Source: Pseudomonadota bacterium
Lineage (GTDB): Bacteria; Bdellovibrionota; UBA1018
Direction: 5' to 3'
DNA length: 64,000 nt
Assembly (NCBI GenBank): GCA_027485695.1
Contig: JAIXQO010000004.1
Coordinates: 110,056-174,055, forward strand
Shown: piece after piece, positions 9,034 to 18,440 of the stretch
How positions within the stretch are numbered: position 1 is the first letter of the stretch
Layout of the letters: every line of letters begins with the position of its first letter
The notes under the pieces: model-generated
What the model saw: only the letters and a program-made list of their open reading frames with translations
Databases searched by the model: none
What the model was told of the DNA's origin: nothing
Program-made: the position numbers and the translations under genes

Positions 9034-9878
9034 CGGTTGTGATGAGCAAGCCAGTAAGGAAACTCATTCGACGTCCACTCGTCGCAATTTCTCTCACGCT
9101 TCTTTTTGTCTTAATCGTCGGTTCGGTGCTTGCTCCCTGGGTGGCTACTCATGCGTACGATTTACAGGACATCGAAGCGCGACTTCAACCCGCGTCCGCC
9201 GAACATTGGATGGGAACCGATTCTCTCGGGCGCGATCTCTACTCGCGCATTGTTTACGGCGCTCGGATGAGTTTGTCGGTCGGGATCATGACCGCGCTTC
9301 TTTCGATCACTCTCGGAACGCTCGTTGGAGCACTCGCAGGTTATCGCGGCGGAATCATCGACACGGTCCTCATGCGAATCGTGGATCTTTTTACGATTTT
9401 TCCGAGCGTATTAACGGCGATCTTGCTCACGGTTGTTTTGGGCCGAGGACTGTCGGGCATCTTGATCGCGCTCGTTCTGACTTCGTGGGTATTGCACGCG
9501 CGGCTGGTGCGCAATCTGGTACTTAAGGCAAAATCGCTTCCCTACGTCGAAGCCGCCCGCGCGGTTGGACTCTCTGGATTTCCCATCGTGTTTCGACACA
9601 TCCTACCGAACCTCATGGGTCCGATGCTCGTCTCACTCACCTATCAGATTCCGAACAACATCATGGCCGAGAGTTTTCTCTCGTTCATTGGACTTGGACT
9701 CCAGCCGCCGCTTTCGTCTTGGGGGATCCTCGCGAACGAAGGGTTTCGTGCGATGAAGAGTTATCCGCATCTGACGATCTATCCGGGCCTGGCACTGTTT
9801 GTGACTTTGACGGCCCTTCAGATCCTCGGGGATTCGCTTCAAGAAGGCTTAGATCCGCATGCGCGGAAATTGATCTAG
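9030..9878 (+). CDS. ABC transporter permease, OppC/DppC family
   Basis: EHWMGTDSLGRDLYSRIVYGARMSL is the typical OppC N-terminal signature. Six TM helices. Confidence 0.8.
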   Translation: MTVVMSKPVRKLIRRPLVAISLTLLFVLIVGSVLAPWVATHAYDLQDIEARLQPASAEHWMGTDSLGRDLYSRIVYGARMSLSVGIMTALLSITLGTLVGALAGYRGGIIDTVLMRIVDLFTIFPSVLTAILLTVVLGRGLSGILIALVLTSWVLHARLVRNLVLKAKSLPYVEAARAVGLSGFPIVFRHILPNLMGPMLVSLTYQIPNNIMAESFLSFIGLGLQPPLSSWGILANEGFRAMKSYPHLTIYPGLALFVTLTALQILGDSLQEGLDPHARKLI

Positions 9879-9895
9879 TTCATTCGGGAGAGACG

Positions 9896-10294
9896 ATGAA
9901 ATTACTTGGAATCCTATTTTTGGCGACGAGTAGCCCTGCCTTTGCGGCGTCGACTGCTTACGACTTAAGGATGGACCTCGCGCTGGACGGAAAACACGTT
10001 TCGTCTCCTCGAGTGATCGTCAAAGAGGGTGAATCCGCTACCGTCACCCAAGAAATCGATTCTCAAACACAGTTCATCGAAGTGATCGCCACTCCGGGCA
10101 AGATCCAAAAACATGCAGGTATTTTGATGAAATTCATCATTGGAACGATCGGACCCAACGGGGAACGGACGATCCTAGCAAAGCCTCAAGTGTTAGCGAC
10201 CGAGGGCAAGCCCGCCCGAATCACCCAAAACAACTCAAAAAGCGGCGCCGAACAGCTGTCCCTTTCCGTGACTGCACACAAGACCGCCTTCTAG
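9896..10294 (+). CDS. Small secreted hypothetical protein
   Basis: Internal ATG at 9896 gives signal peptide MKLLGILFLATSSPAFAAS. The longer track ORF overlaps OppC. Confidence 0.35.
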   Translation: MKLLGILFLATSSPAFAASTAYDLRMDLALDGKHVSSPRVIVKEGESATVTQEIDSQTQFIEVIATPGKIQKHAGILMKFIIGTIGPNGERTILAKPQVLATEGKPARITQNNSKSGAEQLSLSVTAHKTAF

Positions 10295-10352
10295 TCTTGT
10301 AAGGCATTGAAATCACAGATTTTTAATCCCCATAAACCCACACGCAAACCAC

Positions 10353-11093
10353 TTGCATTCCATGCTAAACTCACCGATAGCAATGGAAGTGACAAATAGA
10401 TCTCCCGCAATCCTGTCCCTCGATTCAGCTGTAGCGATTTCCGCGAGCGAAGCCATTCACTCACCTTGGAGACCGTCTCTTGCTTGGAGCGCTTTTACGC
10501 ACGCGATGGTGATCGGTTGTTTTGCGACGCTCCTCTACATTCACCAAGATCCGCACGATCACCCTCCACTGGTCATCGATGTCGTCGCGATCTCGAAAAA
10601 CCCTTCGGCTCACGCCCCATCGATGGTCGCACCTCCGCCCTCGCGGGCACTCCCACGGAATCCGATCAAGCACTCATTGAACGAGTCGTCCGCAAAAAAG
10701 TCTGAAGAAACTCCCTCCGAAAACACGAGTATCTCAAGTGCACCGACCGCGCCCGGTATTGCAAGCACTGAGACTGCAGCGGGCGCACTCGTCGCATCCG
10801 CATCGGCGAAACAGATTTATGTTTCCGAACTGCGTGCGTTCTTGGAGCGAAACAAACGCTACCCTTCTCAAGCATTGACCCTGGGCCAAGAAGGCACGGT
10901 CAAAATCCGTTTTCAGATTTTAGAAGACGGCACTCTGACCGAGGCAACCGTCGCCCAAACTTCGGGCTCGTCCATCCTCGATCAGGCGGCAATGAAATTG
11001 GTTCGCGGACTCGTTCGATTCAAGCCGATCCCCGAGGGACTCGTCGAGCGATCTTTGAGTCTGATTGTTCCGATTGAATACCGTATTCAATAG
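10353..11093 (+). CDS. TonB C-terminal domain protein
   Basis: N-terminal TM helix, a Pro/Ser-rich linker, and a C-terminus YPSQALTLGQEGTVKIRFQILEDGTLTEATVAQTSGSSILDQAAMKLVR that matches the TonB_C fold signature. Confidence 0.6.
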   Translation: MHSMLNSPIAMEVTNRSPAILSLDSAVAISASEAIHSPWRPSLAWSAFTHAMVIGCFATLLYIHQDPHDHPPLVIDVVAISKNPSAHAPSMVAPPPSRALPRNPIKHSLNESSAKKSEETPSENTSISSAPTAPGIASTETAAGALVASASAKQIYVSELRAFLERNKRYPSQALTLGQEGTVKIRFQILEDGTLTEATVAQTSGSSILDQAAMKLVRGLVRFKPIPEGLVERSLSLIVPIEYRIQ

Positions 11094-11110
11094 CAGCTCA
11101 TCATTGAGAA

Positions 11111-11590
11111 TTAGTCGTTTTTCGGCCCAATTCGATCAATGATCGCTTTTCGTAAGAGGCCATTGCGTTCGAGCAGGCACTTAGCCGCATACATTTCGGG
11201 AGAATTCACTGCTGACGAATTTCCGAAGTTTGCACCGATACTTTCCACCTGATCCGCGAGATTTTCACAGGTAGCTCTATTCAATTGGCAATCGAACAGC
11301 CTCGCATCGTAGGTAATCTCAAGACGGTCTGGATCAACTTTCAGGTAGGTTTTACCGGCGGGGGAACTCGATTTGGGGTCGTATGTAATGAACAACTGAA
11401 AAGAATTTCGACCAAACGGAAGGATGATTTCGTTTAGACTATCGTGTCTAATGGGATCGCCAGCGATTTGGTGTTTAAACCCTTGTGACTTGAGCAGAGC
11501 ACAATGATCCGTAATCGCATCCACCGCATAAACCTGGGAAACACTCAAAAACGCAGCCAAACTCAAACCAAACGACTTCGAAAAAGACAT
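11111..11590 (-). CDS. Secreted hypothetical protein
   Basis: Signal peptide MSFSKSFGLSLAAFLSVSQVYA. No recognisable domain. Confidence 0.4.
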   Translation of the reverse strand: MSFSKSFGLSLAAFLSVSQVYAVDAITDHCALLKSQGFKHQIAGDPIRHDSLNEIILPFGRNSFQLFITYDPKSSSPAGKTYLKVDPDRLEITYDARLFDCQLNRATCENLADQVESIGANFGNSSAVNSPEMYAAKCLLERNGLLRKAIIDRIGPKND

Positions 11591-11819
11591 ATCTATCTCC
11601 TGTCTAAATAGAATGCTTAATTAGTCAGATATCTAGCAGAGACTCTAAATGATTGCAATTTTTTTACTTTATTTGTTTAAAAATAATTATCTAGTAAATT
11701 CAAATATTTACATCCAATCAAAAGCCGAAACATAGAAAACATCTGCTCTACGTTCCACACTATTGACTTAGTCGCCCCGCATCATTACAAGGGCGCCCGG
11801 TTCACAGCCGGGGGGAAAC
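11591..11819. promoter_or_regulatory. AT-rich divergent promoter region
   Basis: 229-bp AT-rich spacer between divergently transcribed secreted-protein genes. It contains TTTACA/TATTTA-like hexamers. Confidence 0.3.
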
Positions 11820-12665
11820 ATGAAATTACGCCATTCGCGCCTGATCGTCGCCATCACGATCATTGGCGGAGCAACGGGCTTGGTCTTACGAGGCGAAGCC
11901 ATCATCGACGGAACACCGGTTAAACGCGAAGAGTACGCGCAAGTATTCGCCATCCACAGCTCGCATGTTTTTGAGTCTCGAGACGAATCTTGCACTTCGG
12001 TAATGGTCGCACCTCGGCTCTTGATCACGGCAGGCCACTGCACTCATGAACGCCTGCGAGTCCGATCCGCATCTAATCCTCATGAATGGGGACGGTCACA
12101 GAGCCATACGGGAGCACTGTATGGCGATCCGATCAAATGGGCCGCGCATCCGCTCTACAATCGAATCGAAACCAGCGAGAGCTCGAATATCCGAGATCTC
12201 GCCCACAAGGCTGCTTACGATATTGGTTACGTGCTTCTGAAAAATCCGCTCGCGCTTGAACCGTCCGTTGTCGGCGACTATCCAGATGCCGATTCCGCAC
12301 TCACCCAACTGCTCGGGAAAAACGTGACTTTAGTCGGATACGGCGGGGACGAGGATCTCGGAAGAAATCCACGCGAGTTCAATGATTTCGGTACCAAACG
12401 TACGGGCACGAAACCAATTCGAGGAATCATGGACCTTGCCCTGATTTTCGAAGGCGAGAAAAACGCGGCCGTGCCTGGCGACAGTGGCGGACCTGTCTAC
12501 GCTATTCAAAATGGCAAGACCGTCGTCGTCGGGATCCTGAGTCGGTTTGTTCGCTACGATAACGGAAGCTACGCCTATCTCGCCGCTTCTCTGCTCCGCA
12601 AAGAAACGCTCTGCTGGGTTGAGAAGGATTCGGGTATCGATATTCCGAGCGTGAGTTGCGAGTGA
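11820..12665 (+). CDS. Secreted trypsin-like serine protease (S1 family)
   Basis: Catalytic His in TAGHC, catalytic Ser in GDSGGP, a signal/anchor sequence and 281 aa length. Confidence 0.85.
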   Translation: MKLRHSRLIVAITIIGGATGLVLRGEAIIDGTPVKREEYAQVFAIHSSHVFESRDESCTSVMVAPRLLITAGHCTHERLRVRSASNPHEWGRSQSHTGALYGDPIKWAAHPLYNRIETSESSNIRDLAHKAAYDIGYVLLKNPLALEPSVVGDYPDADSALTQLLGKNVTLVGYGGDEDLGRNPREFNDFGTKRTGTKPIRGIMDLALIFEGEKNAAVPGDSGGPVYAIQNGKTVVVGILSRFVRYDNGSYAYLAASLLRKETLCWVEKDSGIDIPSVSCE

Positions 12666-12744
12666 TGGAGAACACTCGCGTGATTGAAACAATTTCGTAA
12701 AAACGACCTAGAACCTCGTTCAAAAGAGGAGAAATTTCAGGCAT

Positions 12745-13161
12745 GTGCCAGCTATGAAAAATCTCTTCGTCGTTTTAGGCAGTTTTTTGGTTTTTAGTAG
12801 TTCATCTCAAGCAATAGATCTCAAAGAATGCGCCAATTTCGACGGCACTGTGAAATTGACGATCAATCAATTCTCAGGTGGCCCAGCCCGCCGCCCTGGA
12901 GATGAACAGCGTAAAACTCAACTTGTTCATCATGATCACCTCGTGAGAGAGGAAATCTCTTATTTTGGAACGACCAATCCACAGATTCAGGGGACCTGCC
13001 AGTTTCAAATCAACCAAGAGGAAACCCTCTCCCAAACGAGAAAATTCGGCGTGTCGACCACAGATTCGTGGATGAAGATTCAATTCTGCCTAAACGACGC
13101 GACCAATCCTGCACAAGAGTTCGTGCTCGTTTGCCGTCATGTCTTTCAGCCTCATCCATAG
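12745..13161 (+). CDS. Small secreted hypothetical protein
   Basis: Signal peptide MKNLFVVLGSFLVFSSSSQA. 138 aa. Confidence 0.35.
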   Translation: MPAMKNLFVVLGSFLVFSSSSQAIDLKECANFDGTVKLTINQFSGGPARRPGDEQRKTQLVHHDHLVREEISYFGTTNPQIQGTCQFQINQEETLSQTRKFGVSTTDSWMKIQFCLNDATNPAQEFVLVCRHVFQPHP

Positions 13162-13216
13162 TCAATTAGGCCGTGCCCATTCGGGCGCTACCTAGTCGCG
13201 CGAAAAATAGCTCCGG

Positions 13217-14776
13217 CTATTTTTTTGCTGATTCGGTAACCGTGATCTTCTTGAGCTTGAGATAGTTCAGCGGATTGATCTCGAGGTTCTTGGTTCTCGT
13301 GCTGACGAGCGCCAAGATCGGCTCATTGTAGAGCGGCAATATCACGGCGTCGTCTTGAACCAGAAGCTTCTGAGCTTCGTCATAGAGTTTCGCGCGAGCG
13401 GACTGATTTTGATTGCCGCGCGCGAGCATGACCTTGGCGTCATAGGTCGAGTTTTTCCAGCTGGTGCGATTGTTTCCGCTCATGGAGAGGAAAACCGAGA
13501 GGAAGTTGTCCGGATCCGGATAGTCGGCTGACCAGCTGTTCAAAAACAACGGATAGTTCTTGAGCTCGAGTTGCGCCCGGAACGTCTTGTGATCGTAGGA
13601 CTGAATCTCGAGGTTGATGCCCAGGTTTTTCTTCAGCTCCGACTGCAAGTACTGACAAACCGTCAGCGTTTTCTCCCAGTTCGTCGTGACGATCTCAAGC
13701 TTGACTGCCTTGGGATCGACGCCGGAGAGCGTGAGCTCTTTTTTGGCCTTGGCCGGATCAAATGGCAAACCAACGGAAGAGTTGTAACCGAACATTCCGG
13801 AGGGAATAAATCCTTCGGCCGACGTCTGCCCACCGTGCAGGAACTGACCGATTTTTTTGCGGTCGATCGCGTGTCCAAGCGCCTTGCGGAAATGGGCGTT
13901 CGAGACCGGGAACTTGTCGGTCACGATGCCGACATAACCGGTTTTTAAATAAGGGAATCGCTTCAAGTCCGCGCGCCCTTCCAATCTCTTGAGATCGACG
14001 GATGCGATATCGGTCAGGAAATCGAGCTTGCCTGCTTCGTAGAGCGTGAGTGCGGTCGAGTCTTCTTTGATGATGAGTCCGACGGCTTGATCGATGTTGC
14101 CGTGTTCACCGTAATAATAAGGATTCGCTTTGAGGACGATCTTGGAATCGAGATCATAACTCGAGAGTTCGAATGGTCCGACCGTCACCATGCGGCCAGG
14201 TTTCGCCCAGCTCGTACCGTGTTTCTCCACGACATCTTGGCGAAGCGGAAAGGTCACCCAGAATGTCGGGATATGAATGAAGTGCGCGACCGGGCGGGCA
14301 AGCCTCACCTGAAAGGTCAAATCATCAGGAGCCGAGATGCCGACCTTGGAGAAATCAGTTTGTTTACCTTTGAAGAATTCTTCGGCGCCTTCGACATCAA
14401 AAAGCAAATAGGCGTAAGACGCGGCCGTCAGCGGAGAGAGCAACCGTTTCCAGCTGTACACGAAGTCTTGTGCCTTAAGCGGCATTCCATCGCTCCATTT
14501 TAAGCCGGAGCGGAGCTTGAACGTGTAGGTCTTGCCATCGGGGCTCTTGGACCATTTCTCCGCCAGTGCTGGGATCACATTCATCTTGGCGTCGTGAGAA
14601 ACCAGGCCTTCCATCAAGTTCATCAGGATGTGCGTCTCAACCGATGTGTGAGCGCGGTTCCAATCCAAGGTCTCGGGATCACCCGGCAGACGGAACGTAA
14701 ACGACGGGCCGGCGGCCCAGGTCGAGGCGGAAACGAGCAAGAGGCTCAAGAACGCGGAAGCGAGATTTAGGTTCAT
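13217..14776 (-). CDS. ABC transporter substrate-binding protein, family 5 (OppA/DppA-like)
   Basis: 519 aa with a signal peptide. Sequence KTYTFKLRSGLKWSDGMPLKAQDFVYSW is typical of SBP_bac_5. Confidence 0.85.
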   Translation of the reverse strand: MNLNLASAFLSLLLVSASTWAAGPSFTFRLPGDPETLDWNRAHTSVETHILMNLMEGLVSHDAKMNVIPALAEKWSKSPDGKTYTFKLRSGLKWSDGMPLKAQDFVYSWKRLLSPLTAASYAYLLFDVEGAEEFFKGKQTDFSKVGISAPDDLTFQVRLARPVAHFIHIPTFWVTFPLRQDVVEKHGTSWAKPGRMVTVGPFELSSYDLDSKIVLKANPYYYGEHGNIDQAVGLIIKEDSTALTLYEAGKLDFLTDIASVDLKRLEGRADLKRFPYLKTGYVGIVTDKFPVSNAHFRKALGHAIDRKKIGQFLHGGQTSAEGFIPSGMFGYNSSVGLPFDPAKAKKELTLSGVDPKAVKLEIVTTNWEKTLTVCQYLQSELKKNLGINLEIQSYDHKTFRAQLELKNYPLFLNSWSADYPDPDNFLSVFLSMSGNNRTSWKNSTYDAKVMLARGNQNQSARAKLYDEAQKLLVQDDAVILPLYNEPILALVSTRTKNLEINPLNYLKLKKITVTESAKK

Positions 14777-14789
14777 GGCAACAGTTTCG

Positions 14790-14905
14790 CACTAAAACGG
14801 GCAGAGGGGCAATGAGGCAGTCTGGCAAAGTGAAACACAGGAGAGTGAACTCAGACATCACACCGGTTGCCCGGCTGCCTACACTGCCCCATTGCCACTT
14901 CTTAA
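14790..14905. repeat. GGCAA/TTGCC-rich element related to 3152-3375
   Basis: GTTGCCCGGCTGCCT (reverse complement of AGGCAGCCGGGCAAC at 3164) and CCCCATTGCCAC, both in the oppA-fdx intergenic region. Confidence 0.3.
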
Positions 14906-15207
14906 TGCCCTGTACCCTCTTTCATGATTTCAACCACTACATCAGATTTTCCGAGTTTCGCTTGGCAACCCAGGCGTGAATGAAGCGTGAGGCCGCTTGC
15001 CCGGTCTAGACGTTCTTCCTCATCGTCTCCCATGTCGGAGAGGGAATCGATTCCAGTTTTCACGATCACATGGCAGGTCGTGCAGGCGCAAAAACCGCCG
15101 CATGCATGCGAAAGTGGAATGTCGTTCGCGACCGCGACATCTAAGATTGAATCCCCAGATTTTCCGTCCACGGTCGTATTCATCGGCATGAAGGTGATTT
15201 TCGGCAT
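14902..15207 (-). CDS. fdx: 2Fe-2S ferredoxin of the ISC system
   Basis: Cysteine ligands in HACGGFCACTTCHV, plus a distal C in RLGCQ. It is the last gene of the isc operon. Confidence 0.85.
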   Translation of the reverse strand: MPKITFMPMNTTVDGKSGDSILDVAVANDIPLSHACGGFCACTTCHVIVKTGIDSLSDMGDDEEERLDRASGLTLHSRLGCQAKLGKSDVVVEIMKEGTGH

Positions 15208-15218
15208 AAAGGTGCTTT

Positions 15219-17027
15219 CTATCGCTTCGAGAGCGTTTCTTTGACGACGAGTTCCGCGAGTCTCACGGTCATCGAATTGAGTTCGTATTTATAGTTCTGA
15301 GTTTTTTCGGCGTCCTTGGCTTCGATCGCCGCACGCATTTCGCGAGTCTTGAGTGCGATCGATTCGAACTCCTCGGGTGGGAGCAATCGACGAGCATCGA
15401 TGAGACGAGCTTCGGTCGCCCGCAGCACTGGTTCGGCCTTGGTCCTGACTTCCATCCAGCGACGATGTTCGAAATCTTCGCTCGCGTTCGCCATCGCCGA
15501 TTCGATCATCGTCGCAATCCGCTCGGGCCCGAGCCCGAACGTTGGACGAACCTCGACGGATTGGAGCTTGCCGGTCTTCAGATCCTTGGCGGTCACCTGA
15601 AGGATACCATCCGCATCGACCAGGAATCTCACTTCAATGCGCGAGAAACCGGCCGGACCTGGTTCGATCCCTCGAAGCTTGAACCGAGCCAAACTTCGGT
15701 TCAGGGACGCTTTTTCACGCTCACCTTGGATCACGTGGATATCGACTGCAGTCTGATTATCCACGTAAGTCGTAAAAGACTCTCGTGCTTGCGCGGGAAT
15801 TTTGGTGTTTCTTGGGATCAAAACTTCGGCCACATCACCGTAGGCCTCAATACCAAGACTGAGCGGCACAACGTCGAGGAGGAGCACGCCTTGGGTTTCA
15901 CCTGCCAAGATCGAAGCCTGCACAGCGGCTCCCAGTGCGACCACCTCGTCCGGATGGAGCGAGCTGTTGGGTAACTTGCCCAGCCAGTCCGCGACGCCTT
16001 CGCGAACTGCTTGAATACGTGTAGCTCCGCCGACCAGCAAGAAATCCGTCAGCGACTCTTTGGCTACCCCAGAATCTGTGAGCGCTTGTTCGCAAGAACG
16101 AAGGGTTTCTTGGATCAAGGGCTGCGCAAGAGTGCGCAAATCTGCACGCGACAGTTCAAACGACAGCTCACGACCATCGACGATAAAATCGAAAACCGTA
16201 GTTTCCGAATCCGAAAGTGCTTTCTTGGCCTGCTCCGCTCGGTTCAAGAAACGACCTCGTAGGTCTTCGCGGTCCAAAATCGAGAAACCGAGATCACGGG
16301 AGAATCGCTCAGCGGCGAATCTCGCAACTGCATGGTCGAAATCGTCTCCGCCGAGTTGCGTATTGCCATGCGTGGAGAGCACTTCAAATAGGCCGTTCTC
16401 GAGTTTGAGTACCGAGCAATCAAACGTTCCGCCGCCCAAGTCATAGACCGCGAAAACGCCGTTTTTCTTCTGATCGGCACCGTATGCGAGCGCTGCTGCC
16501 GTCGGCTCACTCACGATGCGAAGCACGTCGAGTCCCGCGATACGGCCGGCGAGACGAGTCGCTTGTCTTTGTGAATCGTTGAAGTATGCCGGAACTGTGA
16601 TCACGGCACGAGTCACTTCACGCTCGAGTGACTTCTCGGCTGAGTCTTTGAGGAACTTCAGGATGACAGCCGAGAGCTCGATCGGCGTGAATCGTTCTTC
16701 GCCGACAACGACCTGGAGTTGGCCCTCGATGTCTTCATCGACGGCAAAAGGTAGCGTGTTCTGAAAAGGCGCAACGTCCGCGAGTTTTTTTCCAAGCAAA
16801 CGTTTGATCGAGGAAATCGCGATCGCACTGGGCTCCGAGCGTTTTGCGCGCGCAGCGTAGCCAACGCGCCATTCACCTGACTCTCGGTAGAGCACAGAGG
16901 GCACTAGCCGTTCGCCTTCGAGCGACGGGAGAATTTCAGGTTTCCCAGGGGCCTTACAAAAAGCCACAAGACTGTGGGTCGTACCGAGATCAATTCCGAC
17001 TACGGGTGATTTCGCCACGTCGCTCAC
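15219..17027 (-). CDS. hscA: Fe-S cluster assembly chaperone HscA (Hsp70 family)
   Basis: N-terminal Hsp70 signature VVGIDLGTTHSLVA, a GGGTFD motif and length near 600 aa. Start set to the GTG at 17027, which overlaps the hscB stop as GTGA. The longer track ORF would overlap hscB by 130 nt. Confidence 0.85.
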   Translation of the reverse strand: MSDVAKSPVVGIDLGTTHSLVAFCKAPGKPEILPSLEGERLVPSVLYRESGEWRVGYAARAKRSEPSAIAISSIKRLLGKKLADVAPFQNTLPFAVDEDIEGQLQVVVGEERFTPIELSAVILKFLKDSAEKSLEREVTRAVITVPAYFNDSQRQATRLAGRIAGLDVLRIVSEPTAAALAYGADQKKNGVFAVYDLGGGTFDCSVLKLENGLFEVLSTHGNTQLGGDDFDHAVARFAAERFSRDLGFSILDREDLRGRFLNRAEQAKKALSDSETTVFDFIVDGRELSFELSRADLRTLAQPLIQETLRSCEQALTDSGVAKESLTDFLLVGGATRIQAVREGVADWLGKLPNSSLHPDEVVALGAAVQASILAGETQGVLLLDVVPLSLGIEAYGDVAEVLIPRNTKIPAQARESFTTYVDNQTAVDIHVIQGEREKASLNRSLARFKLRGIEPGPAGFSRIEVRFLVDADGILQVTAKDLKTGKLQSVEVRPTFGLGPERIATMIESAMANASEDFEHRRWMEVRTKAEPVLRATEARLIDARRLLPPEEFESIALKTREMRAAIEAKDAEKTQNYKYELNSMTVRLAELVVKETLSKR

Positions 17028-17674
17028 TGGTTTGCTCCGGTCATCGTCTGTTGGGTGCGCTCGACATTCCGCGCGAGGCTTACGACGTAAGCTTGGCGTT
17101 TCATCGCATCGTTCATTTTTGAAAGCACAGCACTCTCGGCTGATTGATCCCACTCGCGCTCAAGCGATTGCAGTTCACGCGTGATCGTCTCATTCTCGGA
17201 GGTAATTTTCTCAGAAAACAGTTTCAACGCTCGCATGGCCGCATCGAGATCGTCCATCAAGAGATCTTGGATCGTGAACCACTCCTCGGAGAGTTCCACT
17301 GGTAGCGGTGGTTTCGATTTCGGAGCGTCCTTGAGCAAGAGTTCTAGGAGATAACCACGTCGATCGGCTGGTTTTTTTAGCGTCTGATAGGCTTCATTCA
17401 CGAGGCTCATCCAGTCGCTCGCACGTTCGATGATGGCTGGATTTCCCGAAGCAGAAAACCGATCCGGATGAAGCGCACTGGAGAATGCGTAGTACGAACG
17501 CGCCAGAGCGGTCTCATCGAGTCCAAATGCCGGTTTGAATCCAAACACTGCGAAAAAATTCGGCTGAGAACTATCGATCGCTCTCGGCGCATGGCAGTTC
17601 GGGCACACGATCGCCTCGAGCGGAGAATCCACTCCAGGCTTGTACTCCGTTCCGCAAAAATCGCACGCGATCAT
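17024..17674 (-). CDS. hscB: Co-chaperone HscB with N-terminal Cys4 zinc finger
   Basis: CDFC...CPNC zinc-ribbon followed by a J-domain-like segment (FFAVFGFKPAFGLDETALARSYYAFSSALHPDRF). Confidence 0.8.
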   Translation of the reverse strand: MIACDFCGTEYKPGVDSPLEAIVCPNCHAPRAIDSSQPNFFAVFGFKPAFGLDETALARSYYAFSSALHPDRFSASGNPAIIERASDWMSLVNEAYQTLKKPADRRGYLLELLLKDAPKSKPPLPVELSEEWFTIQDLLMDDLDAAMRALKLFSEKITSENETITRELQSLEREWDQSAESAVLSKMNDAMKRQAYVVSLARNVERTQQTMTGANQ

Positions 17675-17692
17675 GGGGCCAAAAGAAACAAT

Positions 17693-18022
17693 CTAGACCG
17701 AGAACGATGAACCGCAACCACAGGTGCGTTTCGCGTTCGGGTTTTGGAACACGAAGCCCGTGCCATTGAGGCCATCCGAGAAGTCGAGCGTCGTACCGGA
17801 GAGGTACAGGAACGACTTGGCGTCGATGATGATTTTCACGCCGTCTCTTTCGAACGATTTATCCGAAGGTGCGACTGGCTCGGAATCGAATCCCAGCTTG
17901 TAGCTCATGCCCGAACATCCGCCGCCGGCAACCTGAACGCGCAGATGCGAGTCTTTGGCCGCGGGATCGCTTTCGCGAATGCGTTTGATTTCGTTCACTG
18001 CTTTGTCCGTCATCGTGATCAT
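17693..18022 (-). CDS. iscA: Iron-sulfur cluster assembly protein IscA
   Basis: VAGGGCSGMSY...CGCGSSF has the three conserved Cys of A-type carriers. The start ATG at 18022 overlaps the iscU stop as ATGA. Confidence 0.85.
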   Translation of the reverse strand: MITMTDKAVNEIKRIRESDPAAKDSHLRVQVAGGGCSGMSYKLGFDSEPVAPSDKSFERDGVKIIIDAKSFLYLSGTTLDFSDGLNGTGFVFQNPNAKRTCGCGSSFSV

Positions 18023-18414
18023 GATGCGTGGCTCTCCTTTTTCTTCATGTAATCGCCGATGGCCGCTTTGATGGCGTCTTCGGCAAGAACTGAACAATGG
18101 ATCTTGATCGGAGGAAGCGAGAGTTCCTCGACGATCTCTGTATTCTTGATCGCAAGCGCTTGATCCAGGGTCTTGCCCTTGATCCACTCGGTCGCGAGAG
18201 AAGAACTCGCAATGGCGCTGCCGCAGCCGAACGTCTTGAACTTGGCGTCCTTGATCAAGCCCGTCGTCTCGTCGACTTCGATTTGCAGTTTCATCACGTC
18301 ACCGCACTCGGGGGCTCCGACGAGTCCCGTGCCGACGTTCATTTGGTTTTTGTCGAGCGATCCGATGTTTCTCGGATTGTCGAAATGTTCGATGACCTTG
18401 TTGGTGTATGCCAT
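18019..18414 (-). CDS. iscU: Fe-S cluster scaffold IscU
   Basis: MAYTNKVIEHFDNPRNIG...GAPECGDVMKLQI...GCGSAIASSS...IHCSVLAEDAIKAAI are canonical IscU motifs. Confidence 0.9.
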   Translation of the reverse strand: MAYTNKVIEHFDNPRNIGSLDKNQMNVGTGLVGAPECGDVMKLQIEVDETTGLIKDAKFKTFGCGSAIASSSLATEWIKGKTLDQALAIKNTEIVEELSLPPIKIHCSVLAEDAIKAAIGDYMKKKESHAS

Positions 18415-18440
18415 AGTATGAATCCTCTCCCTGTTCCGTC

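Noticed and set aside
15219-17153. Long form of hscA starting at the ATG at 17153
   Set aside because: It would overlap hscB by 130 nt and add a Cys/Arg-rich extension before the Hsp70 N-terminus. The GTG at 17027, overlapping the hscB stop, is the conventional arrangement.
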